Assembly (NCBI GenBank): GCA_964578625.1
Contig: CAZODQ010000005.1
Coordinates: 1,260-65,259 of the forward strand
Reading direction: 5' to 3'
Source: an uncultured Actinomycetota bacterium
GTDB lineage: Bacteria > Actinomycetota > Humimicrobiia > Humimicrobiales > Humimicrobiaceae
DNA length: 64,000 bases
Made by a program: the position numbers and the translations under genes. The notes under the pieces are model-generated. The model worked only from the letters and a program-made list of their open reading frames with translations, did no database searches and was not told the origin of the DNA. Below are positions 49,728 to 61,936 of this stretch, piece after piece; position 1 is the stretch's first letter; each line of letters starts with the position of its first letter.

Positions 49728-50207
49728 CTAGGAACCTTCTTTATTTTTTATATCAGAAGACGAATTTATAGAATTGGTATTTCCTCCATAGCTTCCTACT
49801 GCAGTCATGACCCCGTTTTCAAATGCTATGTCATCATCAGTTCCAAGCTCTCTATCTACTCCATTACTCAGTAGACTATATTTTATACCATTGGATGTAT
49901 ACCTATAAGGACTGTCCCATAAATCGTAAGTTGAAAGATTTTTAATATATCCCTTATTTATCAATTTATACAAGCCTTCTTCGGTGGTTGGATAGCGGTT
50001 GTCATATGCGTTATACATTTCTAAAGCTGTAGCAATATCTCTCATTTCTTTTTTTGTCCCGGACTCTCTGGCTCTGTTGACAATAATAAAGTAGCTGGGT
50101 GTTGAAACTCCTGAGAGTATACTAATTATAACAATCGTTACCAATATTTGAGTCAGTGTAAACCTTCTTTGTTTTTTATATAAATTTTTATAACTGATGG
50201 CAGGCAT
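49728..50207 (-). CDS. type IV pilin / T2SS pseudopilin-like protein (prepilin N-terminal domain)
   Basis: N-terminus RRFTLTQILVTIVIISILSGV resembles the class III signal/N-methylation region, with a hydrophobic helix. Confidence 0.55.
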   Translation of the reverse strand: MPAISYKNLYKKQRRFTLTQILVTIVIISILSGVSTPSYFIIVNRARESGTKKEMRDIATALEMYNAYDNRYPTTEEGLYKLINKGYIKNLSTYDLWDSPYRYTSNGIKYSLLSNGVDRELGTDDDIAFENGVMTAVGSYGGNTNSINSSSDIKNKEGS

Positions 50208-50225
50208 TTTCTCACTGTTCCTTTT

Positions 50226-50912
50226 TTACACTAACACAGTTATCGAGGTAAGAAAATAGAGAAAAAATAAATATATTGATTGGATCGGAAGTTTATCGAC
50301 AATACCTTGAGCATAAAGAGGATAATAAACAATATTGCTGACGAAATATAGAACCGATCCCGACATTAGTATAATCGCAGCCTTATTAGATTTTTTTTCT
50401 TTAAGATTTTTATGTATTTCGAATCCAATTATAATTATTATAATCAGATACATAGTGACGAAATAAAAAGTATCAACTATAGCCATGTTGGGAACACGCA
50501 AAACGTAACCATACTTACTATCTGTTACATTGACGCTTCTGGTTATTAGAGCTACCGCGCTTATTATAAAGGCAGGTATGTATATAATTTGTTGTAATAA
50601 TCTATTCACTTTTGAAATTTCTGCCTCTAAAAAATTAATAATAAAACAGATTAAAGATATTGGTGACAGGAATAGGACTGCGATTAGTATTTGTGAAGAT
50701 ATAAAAGCTATCCTATATGAGGATGTTGATAGAGTAATAAGGGTCAGAGTAGATACAATAAGAATAACAAGACTATATATTAGGAAATAAATAACCGCCT
50801 TTATTTCTCTTTGTCTTAAATGTATATAGTATATATATGTGCTGAAGACAATAGAATATATACTTAATGCTGATGATAATAAAACAAAAATATTAATATT
50901 TGAAAATACCAT
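50226..50912 (-). CDS. hypothetical polytopic membrane protein
   Basis: Multiple TM helices in a 228-aa protein. Confidence 0.4.
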   Translation of the reverse strand: MVFSNINIFVLLSSALSIYSIVFSTYIYYIHLRQREIKAVIYFLIYSLVILIVSTLTLITLSTSSYRIAFISSQILIAVLFLSPISLICFIINFLEAEISKVNRLLQQIIYIPAFIISAVALITRSVNVTDSKYGYVLRVPNMAIVDTFYFVTMYLIIIIIIGFEIHKNLKEKKSNKAAIILMSGSVLYFVSNIVYYPLYAQGIVDKLPIQSIYLFFLYFLTSITVLV

Positions 50913-51163
50913 AATTAAATATTAAATATATATATTATTATATTTTACTTTGTAATCTTTGGCTATCGTTTTTTCTTGCTAAAGATTTTGCTGTTTTTTT
51001 AAGTATTTCCTCTTTTATCATAATAGGTGACATTTTTACTGAATAAATTTAAAATGACAATATTGTTAAGTAATGAATTCTAATAAAGTACAATTGAAAA
51101 GTGTAGGTAAACTTTGTATAATGCAGTGTATTTTCCTGTTAGAAATTTTTATAAGGAGTAAAA

Positions 51164-51976
51164 ATGCTTGGACCGGAAGATTTTTTTGATCTATCACAAA
51201 CGCAGTTTAGAGAGCTTTTTGATGATGTTGAATATGTATGGGATGCACTAAAGAAAATTAAGGAATATATCAGGGATAGTATTAAGCCAAATGTCTCCGG
51301 TATAAGGAAAGGGGAAGCATTTATAAATAGAACTGTAGTCTTATACGGTGATGAAGTCATTGAATCAGAGTTTGATATAAGTTTTATAAAAAAGAAATTG
51401 ATTATAAAAAAAGATGAAAAGATCTTAGACGGAGCAAGTGTGGTATATGCTGGTGCAGCCCTTATGGATAATGAGATATATATTGGGAAAGGTACAGTTA
51501 TAGAGCCGGGAGTGTTAATAAAAGGTCCGGCTATCATCGGCGATAATACTGAACTGCGCCAGGGTGCTTATTTGAGAGGAGATATACTGGTTGGAAATGG
51601 CTGTGTAGTAGGGCATGCAACTGAGCTAAAATCCAGTGTTATGCTTGGAGGAAGCAAGGCAGGGCATTTTGCATATATAGGAGACAGTATCCTTGGTAAG
51701 GTAAATCTTGGAGCAGGAACAAAACTTGCAAATTTAAAGATAATTGAGTCGAATATAGTAATCAGTATAGAAGATAAAAGATACGAAACGGGTTTAAGGA
51801 AGTTTGGAGCAATACTTGCAGATGGAGTAGAAACAGGATGCAACAGTGTTACGTCTCCTGGGACTTTGCTCGGAAAGGATGTTCTTTTATATGCCAATAC
51901 AACTGCAAAAGGTTATTATCCCCCAAAAACAATAATCAAACTGAAGCAGACACAAAAATCGGTGAAAAGGAGGTAA
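51164..51976 (+). CDS. hexapeptide-repeat (left-handed beta-helix) acyltransferase-like protein, possibly glucosamine-1-phosphate N-acetyltransferase-like
   Basis: Repeated [LIV]GxxxxI hexapeptides (IGKGTVIEPGVLIKGPAIIGDNTELRQGAYLRGDILVGNGCVVG...). It lies immediately upstream of glmM with a 4-bp gap. Confidence 0.45.
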   Translation: MLGPEDFFDLSQTQFRELFDDVEYVWDALKKIKEYIRDSIKPNVSGIRKGEAFINRTVVLYGDEVIESEFDISFIKKKLIIKKDEKILDGASVVYAGAALMDNEIYIGKGTVIEPGVLIKGPAIIGDNTELRQGAYLRGDILVGNGCVVGHATELKSSVMLGGSKAGHFAYIGDSILGKVNLGAGTKLANLKIIESNIVISIEDKRYETGLRKFGAILADGVETGCNSVTSPGTLLGKDVLLYANTTAKGYYPPKTIIKLKQTQKSVKRR

Positions 51977-51980
51977 AAGC

Positions 51981-53330
51981 ATGGGAAAATTATTCGGGAC
52001 AGACGGAATAAGAGGAGTCGCAAACGAGTACCCGATCACTCCTGATATGGCTACACAGGTAGGACAGGCTACTGCATATATATTAAAAAAAGAAGGGCAC
52101 CGTTCAAGAATAGTCATAGGTAAAGACACAAGGCTTTCCGGTTATATGATAGAAAGTTCCCTTGTATCAGGTATATGTTCAATGGGGTCAGATGTAATAC
52201 TTGTAGGACCTGTGTCCACACCAGGTATTGCTTTTTTAACAACTAACCTGGATGCAGACGCAGGAATAGTGATCTCTGCTTCACATAACCCGTATCAGGA
52301 TAATGGGATTAAAATATTTTCAAAAAAAGGATATAAACTTACAGATGAAGAAGAGCAAAGAATTGAAGATCTGATATTTTCAAAAAAACTTCCAACCCTT
52401 CTTACGAATGCTGAAAATCTAGGCCGTGCATTCAGAGAGGAAGATGCAAGCGGAAGGTATATAGTATTCCTCAAACATTCATTCCCTAGGAATCTCAACC
52501 TTGAAGAAATAAAAATCGTACTTGATTGTGCCAATGGTGCTACATATAAAGTTGCCCCTACATTGTTTAAGGAGATGAGAGCTGAAGTCACTGCTTTAAA
52601 CGTCAATCCTAACGGGCAGAATATTAACCTTAATTGCGGAGCGCTTTATCCAGAGGCTCTGGCAAAAGCAGTAGTTGAAAATAAAGCAGATATAGGGCTT
52701 GCTTTTGATGGTGACGGGGACAGACTAATAACAGTTGATGAAAAAGGCAATATAGTTAGTGGAGATAAGATAATAGCAATATGCGCAAATAAATTAAAAG
52801 AGGAAGGCATGTTAAAAAATAACACTGTGGTTACAACTGTAATGAGCAATCTTGGACTTTCTGTTGCATTTAAAGAGATGGGCATCAGGCATGTTACAAC
52901 AAAAGTCGGTGACAGATATGTACTTGAGGAAATGTTAAAAAACGGCAGTGTGATAGGCGGAGAGGATTCAGGTCATGTGATTTTTAAAGAACATCATACC
53001 ACAGGCGATGGTATTTTAACTGCACTTCAGCTTTTATCTGTTATGAAGAAGGAAAGAAAATCACTCTCGGAACTGACAAAAATCATAAAATCATTCCCTC
53101 AAGTCTTAATAAATATAAAAGTCAAAAGAAAAGCTCCGCTTGAAGAAATACCGGAACTCAAGAGTATAATATCAAAAGTTGAAAAGGAACTTGGTGATAA
53201 AGGCAGGGTTCTTGTAAGGTATTCCGGAACGCAATCTATCTGCAGGGTAATGCTCGAGGGACCTACCGAAAATGATATCGAAAAGCTTGCTAAAGAAATA
53301 GCCCGGGTCGTAGAAGATAAATTGAATTGA
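51981..53330 (+). CDS. glmM: phosphoglucosamine mutase
   Basis: GTDGIRG N-terminus, active-site Ser loop SASHNPYQDNGIK and a length of 449 aa. Confidence 0.9.
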   Translation: MGKLFGTDGIRGVANEYPITPDMATQVGQATAYILKKEGHRSRIVIGKDTRLSGYMIESSLVSGICSMGSDVILVGPVSTPGIAFLTTNLDADAGIVISASHNPYQDNGIKIFSKKGYKLTDEEEQRIEDLIFSKKLPTLLTNAENLGRAFREEDASGRYIVFLKHSFPRNLNLEEIKIVLDCANGATYKVAPTLFKEMRAEVTALNVNPNGQNINLNCGALYPEALAKAVVENKADIGLAFDGDGDRLITVDEKGNIVSGDKIIAICANKLKEEGMLKNNTVVTTVMSNLGLSVAFKEMGIRHVTTKVGDRYVLEEMLKNGSVIGGEDSGHVIFKEHHTTGDGILTALQLLSVMKKERKSLSELTKIIKSFPQVLINIKVKRKAPLEEIPELKSIISKVEKELGDKGRVLVRYSGTQSICRVMLEGPTENDIEKLAKEIARVVEDKLN

Positions 53331-53398
53331 GCAAAATAATTTAAAGTCTTCCGTGTTTCTGCAGAAATAATATTATAAAACTGTTGTGATTATAATCT

Positions 53399-53755
53399 AT
53401 GATAAAAAGAATCGTAGAGCTTTTAGATAAACAGGGACCTTTAACCGGTAAGGAACTCTATGATAAAATCCCGTCAGATGAACTATCCCTATGGCAAATC
53501 TGTAATAAATCCAAAAAAATTATTCTAAAACAGTTGGAAAAAGACTGCCAAAAAATAGAAGATAAAGCAAAACTGCTTTATGATGAAATAATAAATATAA
53601 GCAGACAGAAGCTCAAGCTTACCCAGGATGTGATCATAAAAATAGTCCAGCGCCAAAAAGAGCCGGAAACTGTAACTTCCTGCACTTGCTTTATAATTGC
53701 CGGTGATATAGTTTATGAAATGGCACATTTAGAGCCCAGGCCTGAAATTTGGTAA
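53399..53755 (+). CDS. hypothetical protein
   Basis: ORF only. Confidence 0.3.
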   Translation: MIKRIVELLDKQGPLTGKELYDKIPSDELSLWQICNKSKKIILKQLEKDCQKIEDKAKLLYDEIINISRQKLKLTQDVIIKIVQRQKEPETVTSCTCFIIAGDIVYEMAHLEPRPEIW

Positions 53756-53890
53756 TTTTAAATTTATGGTTGCCTCAAAGATTTTAAGTGAAGGAAAATT
53801 TCTTTACGGTAACCGGAAGATCTTTTAGCTCTTATTATCAAGACTTAGTATGTAATACGGCTTTAATTTCTCAACAACTTTTAATTTTTT

Positions 53891-54778
53891 ATGATAAAAT
53901 TAAAAAACATTTTAAAATGCAAGCAGAGGTATTTATGCAATATGAGTGATTTTAAAGGCGATTTAAGCGGTATAAATGTAGAGAACAATGTCAGTGATTT
54001 TGCTGGAATAATTGACAGCAAGTATGTTAAAAAGATCGATAAGTTAATAAGGGGCATTGAAAGTAAGACAACCATAGAGGTTGCAGTAATAACGATTGAT
54101 TCACTAAAGGGGGAGTCGATTGATAAGTTGGCATTTCGACTGTTCAATAAATTCGGAGTGGGTAAAAAAGAAACAAATAATGGAATACTTATTTTACTTT
54201 CAAAGAATGATAGCAAGTTCAGGATTGAAATCGGACGGGGTTTAGAGAATATAGTCACTGATGACTTACTGGAAAATCTAAAAGATAACTTTATATTACC
54301 AAGTTTTAAAAAGAAGAAGTTCGGAAAAGGTATACTGAAGTTTATAGATGCAGTAGCCGATAAAGTCAGTGAGGGGAGGTTCAGCAGGCTATCGATAGCA
54401 TCTTTGACTGCAGGGATAATCTCAGGGATTTACAGTATTATTACATTGTTATCGCTTCTTATTTTATATCTGGGTTATAGATATGAGATATATCCTTTCG
54501 GTATTTCTGTGGTCCGGGGATTAGAAAATTTAATGGTTGTATCAGTATGGTGGATTTATTTTTCAGTATGGATCCTGATTATTTTTGTTTCCGTACCGGC
54601 TTTGATCTCAATCATATGTGGCAGTATTGATTTTATATATATAAAGGCCGGTATTTCCGATACAGGAAGAAAGAAACTGGATATAGCAGGTATAGTGCTT
54701 GGTTTATCACCTGTTATCGTCATAGGGACATTTTTTATTCCGGTGGTCTCCCAACTTATTTCCAGGATACCCGGATAA
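53891..54778 (+). CDS. TPM-domain (YgcG-like) protein with C-terminal transmembrane region
   Basis: GILILLSKNDSKFRIEIGRGLE is typical of TPM/DUF477 phosphatase-like domains. The C-terminal half is hydrophobic. Confidence 0.6.
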   Translation: MIKLKNILKCKQRYLCNMSDFKGDLSGINVENNVSDFAGIIDSKYVKKIDKLIRGIESKTTIEVAVITIDSLKGESIDKLAFRLFNKFGVGKKETNNGILILLSKNDSKFRIEIGRGLENIVTDDLLENLKDNFILPSFKKKKFGKGILKFIDAVADKVSEGRFSRLSIASLTAGIISGIYSIITLLSLLILYLGYRYEIYPFGISVVRGLENLMVVSVWWIYFSVWILIIFVSVPALISIICGSIDFIYIKAGISDTGRKKLDIAGIVLGLSPVIVIGTFFIPVVSQLISRIPG

Positions 54779-54856
54779 AGTATTATTAGATTTTTTTAAA
54801 TCTCTAATCTGTCTAAGCTTTAAATTTTAATGTCTATATAACAATCAATAATGTAA

Positions 54857-55348
54857 TCAAGGTCCTTTATGATTTATGATTTCTTCTGCAAACTTTCTTA
54901 TGTTTTCAGTACTTATCTTTGATACAGCTTCTGTAGTTTTGTATGCCTTTTGCATCATACTTCTAACCATTGGATTCATCTTATCCCAATTCATCTCATA
55001 ACCAAAGTAACCTTTAGCCACTGCTTTATTAAGAAGCTCCTGGGGAAATCCCTTTTTTATCTCATTTTCCCAGTCCTCATCTGCTCCACACATAAAGATA
55101 CCTGTTTTTATATTTAAAAGTATATTTAAATTCCTTTTTACAAACTTCCTTACAAAAGCATTCATTCTAAAAGCAAGAAAAGATCCTCCTACTATTACCA
55201 GATCATAGTTTTCTGGTTTTACTCTTTTGTTCTTTTTAAGATCTACTATTTCTACTTCAAGATTTTTTTTCCTTAATATCTCTGCAAGCATAACGGCACA
55301 TTTTTCCGTAGTCCCAAACCTTGTAGCATAAGCAATCAATATCTTCAT
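54857..55348 (-). CDS. flavodoxin
   Basis: N-terminus MKILIAYATRFGTTEKCA has the flavodoxin FMN-binding signature. The protein is 163 aa. Confidence 0.7.
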   Translation of the reverse strand: MKILIAYATRFGTTEKCAVMLAEILRKKNLEVEIVDLKKNKRVKPENYDLVIVGGSFLAFRMNAFVRKFVKRNLNILLNIKTGIFMCGADEDWENEIKKGFPQELLNKAVAKGYFGYEMNWDKMNPMVRSMMQKAYKTTEAVSKISTENIRKFAEEIINHKGP

Positions 55349-55430
55349 TTATATAATCCTTCTTTCTTAAAATATAAGGACAATTTTAAAGAAAAATTTT
55401 TAATAATCAATATTAATATATCAATTTATA

Positions 55431-55522
55431 GGTTTTACTGGCTGCCCCGGGTTACGAAATTTCGAACCTTTTTTGAAAGGATTAATAGATTTAAACAGAA
55501 TATTTTTAATTAAATCTGATTG
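55431..55522 (+). repeat. possible diverged copy (E) of the intergenic repeat family (ggctg...gaacc...atattttta...ctgattg)
   Basis: Hand alignment with copies A, B and C shows a shared 5' tggctg, a gaacc core, and the 3' atatttttat / ctgaattgatt blocks. Confidence 0.3.
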
Positions 55523-55662
55523 ATATTCGTCTGAGGCTTCTAGGGATATTTCTGTTTTATATAGAAATTACCATAAAACAACTTGTAAGGGCTTGCCATG
55601 TTATTAAAATGACAAAATATTAAGGAATTGATAGGATTAAATAATAATATAAAATAAATAAA

Positions 55663-55890
55663 ATGGTGTTTTTAAAAAAGAATTATTTAACAACAAAAAA
55701 AGAATTTTTTAAAATATTAACTATCACTTTTATTTTGGTTTTTATAACGGATTCAATTGTAATATATCTGTGGAATTTCATTATTCATGCTAAAGGTGCT
55801 TTTAATTGGGGAATTAGTATAGGTTTATCAATTACTATAAGTGTAGCAATTTCATTAGCAACGACTAAAAAGGAAGAGAAGAAAAAATAA
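55663..55890 (+). CDS. small membrane protein
   Basis: Two TM helices in a 75-aa protein. Confidence 0.3.
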   Translation: MVFLKKNYLTTKKEFFKILTITFILVFITDSIVIYLWNFIIHAKGAFNWGISIGLSITISVAISLATTKKEEKKK

Positions 55891-55990
55891 GAATTAATAA
55901 ATAATATCCTTTTCAATTATCATCTTACCCAGATTCACATTTTATAATATTAAACTCTGATCATATTATTACTAATCGAAATTGTAAGTT

Positions 55991-56020
55991 TAGATAGTTG
56001 GCTGGGCGTTGTGGTCAGGA
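55991..56020 (+). repeat. partial copy (D) of the 5' end of the intergenic repeat (tagttggctggg ... gtggtcagg)
   Basis: The 12-nt identity tagttggctggg with copy A, and gtggtcagg with the A/B leader, were read directly. Confidence 0.3.
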
Positions 56021-56203
56021 TTTAAAATGAGACAAATGGGATACTATAAAAAAGAGTGTCTTATATACAATTTAGTCAAAAGAATATAAGCATAGATTTT
56101 GTCTTAACTGGGTATATAATTTTCGTTTTGTTCTCAGAATCTCTAGGAAGAAATAACTTGACATTAAATCTAATTTGTAATAATTTCTTAATTAAGAATA
56201 CAT

Positions 56204-58899
<2,696 letters not shown>

Positions 58900-59090
58900 T
58901 ATCGGAAGAAGAATTTAGAAATTCAAAGAAAAAAATAAACAACATTATGTGCTTTTGGATGGGTATGTCTTGGAATATTGATTGGGCGGAGACAATAATC
59001 AGTGGAAAACAAAGCTAAATTAATAAAAGTTAAAAGCAATATATTAGTTTCTTATTAATCTTAAATTTAATACTTTTTTATAATTAAAGA

Positions 59091-59190
59091 AGTTGGTCAG
59101 GTTGATTAGTGCAGTAGTTGGCTGGGGACAGTGAACAAAGTTAGAACCAATTTATTAGGCATGAATAATGATATTTTTATACCTGAATTA
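59091..59190 (+). repeat. intergenic repeat copy A
   Basis: agttggtcagg...agttggctggggacagtgaacaaagttagaaccaatttattaggcatgaataatgatatttttatacctgaatta is ~85% identical to copies B and C over ~75 nt. Confidence 0.7.
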
Positions 59191-59367
59191 TCTTTTTAAA
59201 GGTTTAATTATTTTTTAATTTTCTATATTGCTCACTACTTATTCACTTACTAAAAGAATATTTAATTACATGCTTTCATAATTATCTAAATAGATTGACC
59301 TTTCCAAAAAAGTTTGAAATTGTAAACATAATGGTTACCGGGTCTTGATATATATCACTACTGCCTG

Positions 59368-60435
59368 CTAATCAGTATATACTATATGGAGTGTCGCATT
59401 ATCACAATAAATTCTAGCAGCATCGAATAATCCATCATTATCTGAATCAACATTAAGTCCGAGCTTAATCTGGAAATAATCCCTTATATCATTATCAAGC
59501 ACATCCTGCAGTTCATTTTCAAGAGTTGTTCCATCAATCGTAGAGGTTGTAGCAGAAAGAGCAATATTTGCCAGGAATGTTCCACCAATTCGAGTATCTG
59601 TTGGTTCAAGCCTTACATAATTGAATACTTTAACTACGATTTCATCAGCCCAATCTGAAGGATTGCCATAGTAATCGATATCTGAAAAGTATATATCTGC
59701 TTCCTGAACTGTCTTACCATGCAGCTCTATGATGTCGAAACTGAAATAACCTCTTATAAATTCATCAGCTTCATTATCACCCATTTCTGCAAGACTCATA
59801 GCATGTACATCTCCTCCTTCAGTTATCCAACCAGATATACTCGGGTCTGCATATATGGTTACTTCACTGGTTACTTCATCACCATCTCCATCTCCACCTT
59901 CATCTCTATCTTCGTCAGCCTCAGCAACTTCTTCTTCATCACATCCCCAGCTAAGTTCTATGGAATCAGTGGCAGTATCTTTGGGATTAGTTGCGGTAGC
60001 GGTAAGAGTAAATGTCTCATCAGGATCATGAAGGTTTACCTGGGCAATAGTATTTCCCAGACGACCCAGACTGTCATCTTTATTCCATTCTATATCGGGA
60101 GTTGGATTACCAGAAACAATCGCCTTTACCCTCCAGTAGCATACATCATCTGCTGATGAGTAAAGAGGCCCTTCATCTATTTCCAGCTCTACTGTGGGCT
60201 CTACCATGTCTTCTTCTGCTACTTCCTCTTCTTCTTCGGTTTCTTCTTCAGTCTCTTCTTCTGTAGCTTCCTCCTCAGCAGCTGTTGTTTCCTCTTCAGT
60301 CACTTCCTCTTCTTCTCCAACATCTGTCTTTTCTTCTTCGGCAGCTGCTGTGCATTGATTGCAGACAGCAGAGAAACTGAAAAGAAAAACTACGGTAAGG
60401 ATAGAAAGTAAGATATAGAATTTATTTTTTTTCAT
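59368..60435 (-). CDS. acidic lipoprotein of unknown function
   Basis: Lipobox FSAVC, a long Glu-rich linker (EEEATEEETEEETEEEEE), and a C-terminal Asp-rich domain. Confidence 0.5.
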   Translation of the reverse strand: MKKNKFYILLSILTVVFLFSFSAVCNQCTAAAEEEKTDVGEEEEVTEEETTAAEEEATEEETEEETEEEEEVAEEDMVEPTVELEIDEGPLYSSADDVCYWRVKAIVSGNPTPDIEWNKDDSLGRLGNTIAQVNLHDPDETFTLTATATNPKDTATDSIELSWGCDEEEVAEADEDRDEGGDGDGDEVTSEVTIYADPSISGWITEGGDVHAMSLAEMGDNEADEFIRGYFSFDIIELHGKTVQEADIYFSDIDYYGNPSDWADEIVVKVFNYVRLEPTDTRIGGTFLANIALSATTSTIDGTTLENELQDVLDNDIRDYFQIKLGLNVDSDNDGLFDAARIYCDNATLHIVYTD

Positions 60436-60540
60436 GATACCCCCTTAAATCTAAGACTGATTAGTATGTAATTAAATATAATTATTAAGAATTATTATAT
60501 AACTTTGATTACAAAATGGTAGTTATTGAGACTTATATTT

Positions 60541-60621
60541 AGTGGTCATTGGCTGGGGACGGTGGACAAAGTTAGAACCAAATTATTAAGCTTAAATGAG
60601 GATATTTTTATACCTGAATTG
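60541..60621 (+). repeat. intergenic repeat copy B
   Basis: agtggtcattggctggggacggtggacaaagttagaaccaaattattaagcttaaatgaggatatttttatacctgaattg. Confidence 0.75.
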
Positions 60622-60650
60622 ATTTAGTTATTATATATTATCAAACTTAT

Positions 60651-61514
60651 TTAACTATTCGATAAAAATTTCTTTAAAACTTTCACATACTCTGTCGGTT
60701 CTGTATAACCAGGAGTATGTCCTGCTTGGTTAAAGGTGTGAACATATGCTTTTGGGTAAAGACTTTTTAGCTCTTCTCGGGCTTCCTTTTTTATTACATC
60801 ATCAGAAGATTCCATAATCAGTATTTTCCCTGGCCAGTTATTTAAATCACCTCTTGAAAATTTATAATTTTTCATAAAATCATATGAAGCTTTATACTGG
60901 TTAATTATTTCTTCCCTGGTAACTTTGAAATAAAACAGTTCTGTTATAAATGCTTCCCAGAATTCCTTATCTCTATCGGTTACTTTAAATAATTTAAAAT
61001 AATTTCTTTTCAGCCCGTACCTTAAAATCTTTAATGGATATTTAGGGATTAAAAAAATGGCAAGCTTTAGTATTCTTTCGGATATTGTCGAACCACTACC
61101 GGAAGTATTAGATAGAATGAGTTTTTTTACAGTATCAGGATATTTTCTAATAAAAGCTTGAGCGAGCCATCCTCCAAATGATTGTCCTAAAAGATATACT
61201 TCTTTTGCTTCCTCAATTTTAATTATTTTAAATATTCCTTCAATACCTTCCTCTATAGATTTTATAGCAGGATAGGTCGGAGAGATTATCCTATAGTCAT
61301 TTTCCAGTATGGTTATTAATTTCTCCCAAGTTTCAGCTGACCTAATACCACCAGGGAGAAGAACAACTGTGTTTTTAGCTTTTCCAGTAGATATATATTT
61401 CCAGTTTAGGCTATCCAGCATTAAATTTTTATATGGATGATTTTCTCTAAATTTGAAAAATCTTTTTCTCTGTTCATCAGGTACTTTTTTATATAGTTTC
61501 TCAAAATTTTGCAT
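60651..61514 (-). CDS. alpha/beta hydrolase fold protein
   Basis: Nucleophile elbow GQSFGG and a conserved His near the C-terminus. Confidence 0.65.
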   Translation of the reverse strand: MQNFEKLYKKVPDEQRKRFFKFRENHPYKNLMLDSLNWKYISTGKAKNTVVLLPGGIRSAETWEKLITILENDYRIISPTYPAIKSIEEGIEGIFKIIKIEEAKEVYLLGQSFGGWLAQAFIRKYPDTVKKLILSNTSGSGSTISERILKLAIFLIPKYPLKILRYGLKRNYFKLFKVTDRDKEFWEAFITELFYFKVTREEIINQYKASYDFMKNYKFSRGDLNNWPGKILIMESSDDVIKKEAREELKSLYPKAYVHTFNQAGHTPGYTEPTEYVKVLKKFLSNS

Positions 61515-61677
61515 ATTTCATTAATAGAATAATTTTACTATTAGAATACATAAATATTTTTAGCAGTTATTTATCATCTTCATCCAATATAAAAATGCTG
61601 TGTCAATTTTATAGTAATTATATAATTTCAGCAAAATATATAAAGGGTATTTCTAAGCCGAAAATATAGTTTTTTAT

Positions 61678-61748
61678 GGTTGGGGACAGTGGACAAAGTT
61701 AGAACCAAATTATTAAGCTTAAATGAGGATATTTTTATTCCAGAATTA
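61678..61748 (+). repeat. intergenic repeat copy C
   Basis: ggttggggacagtggacaaagttagaaccaaattattaagcttaaatgaggatatttttattccagaatt is almost identical to copy B. Confidence 0.75.
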
Positions 61749-61936
61749 AATTTTTGAGACTATTAACTATTCTATATCACCATAACATTAATCTTTATCT
61801 TTTTTAACATACTAAATGAGATATTGTATAATCAATTTATAAAAAACTTTTTAACTGAGATAATAATAGGGTAAGGACAAGATACTATTCAACAAGCAAA
61901 GGCTTTTAAAATCTTATTAGATGAATTGTAAGGTAA

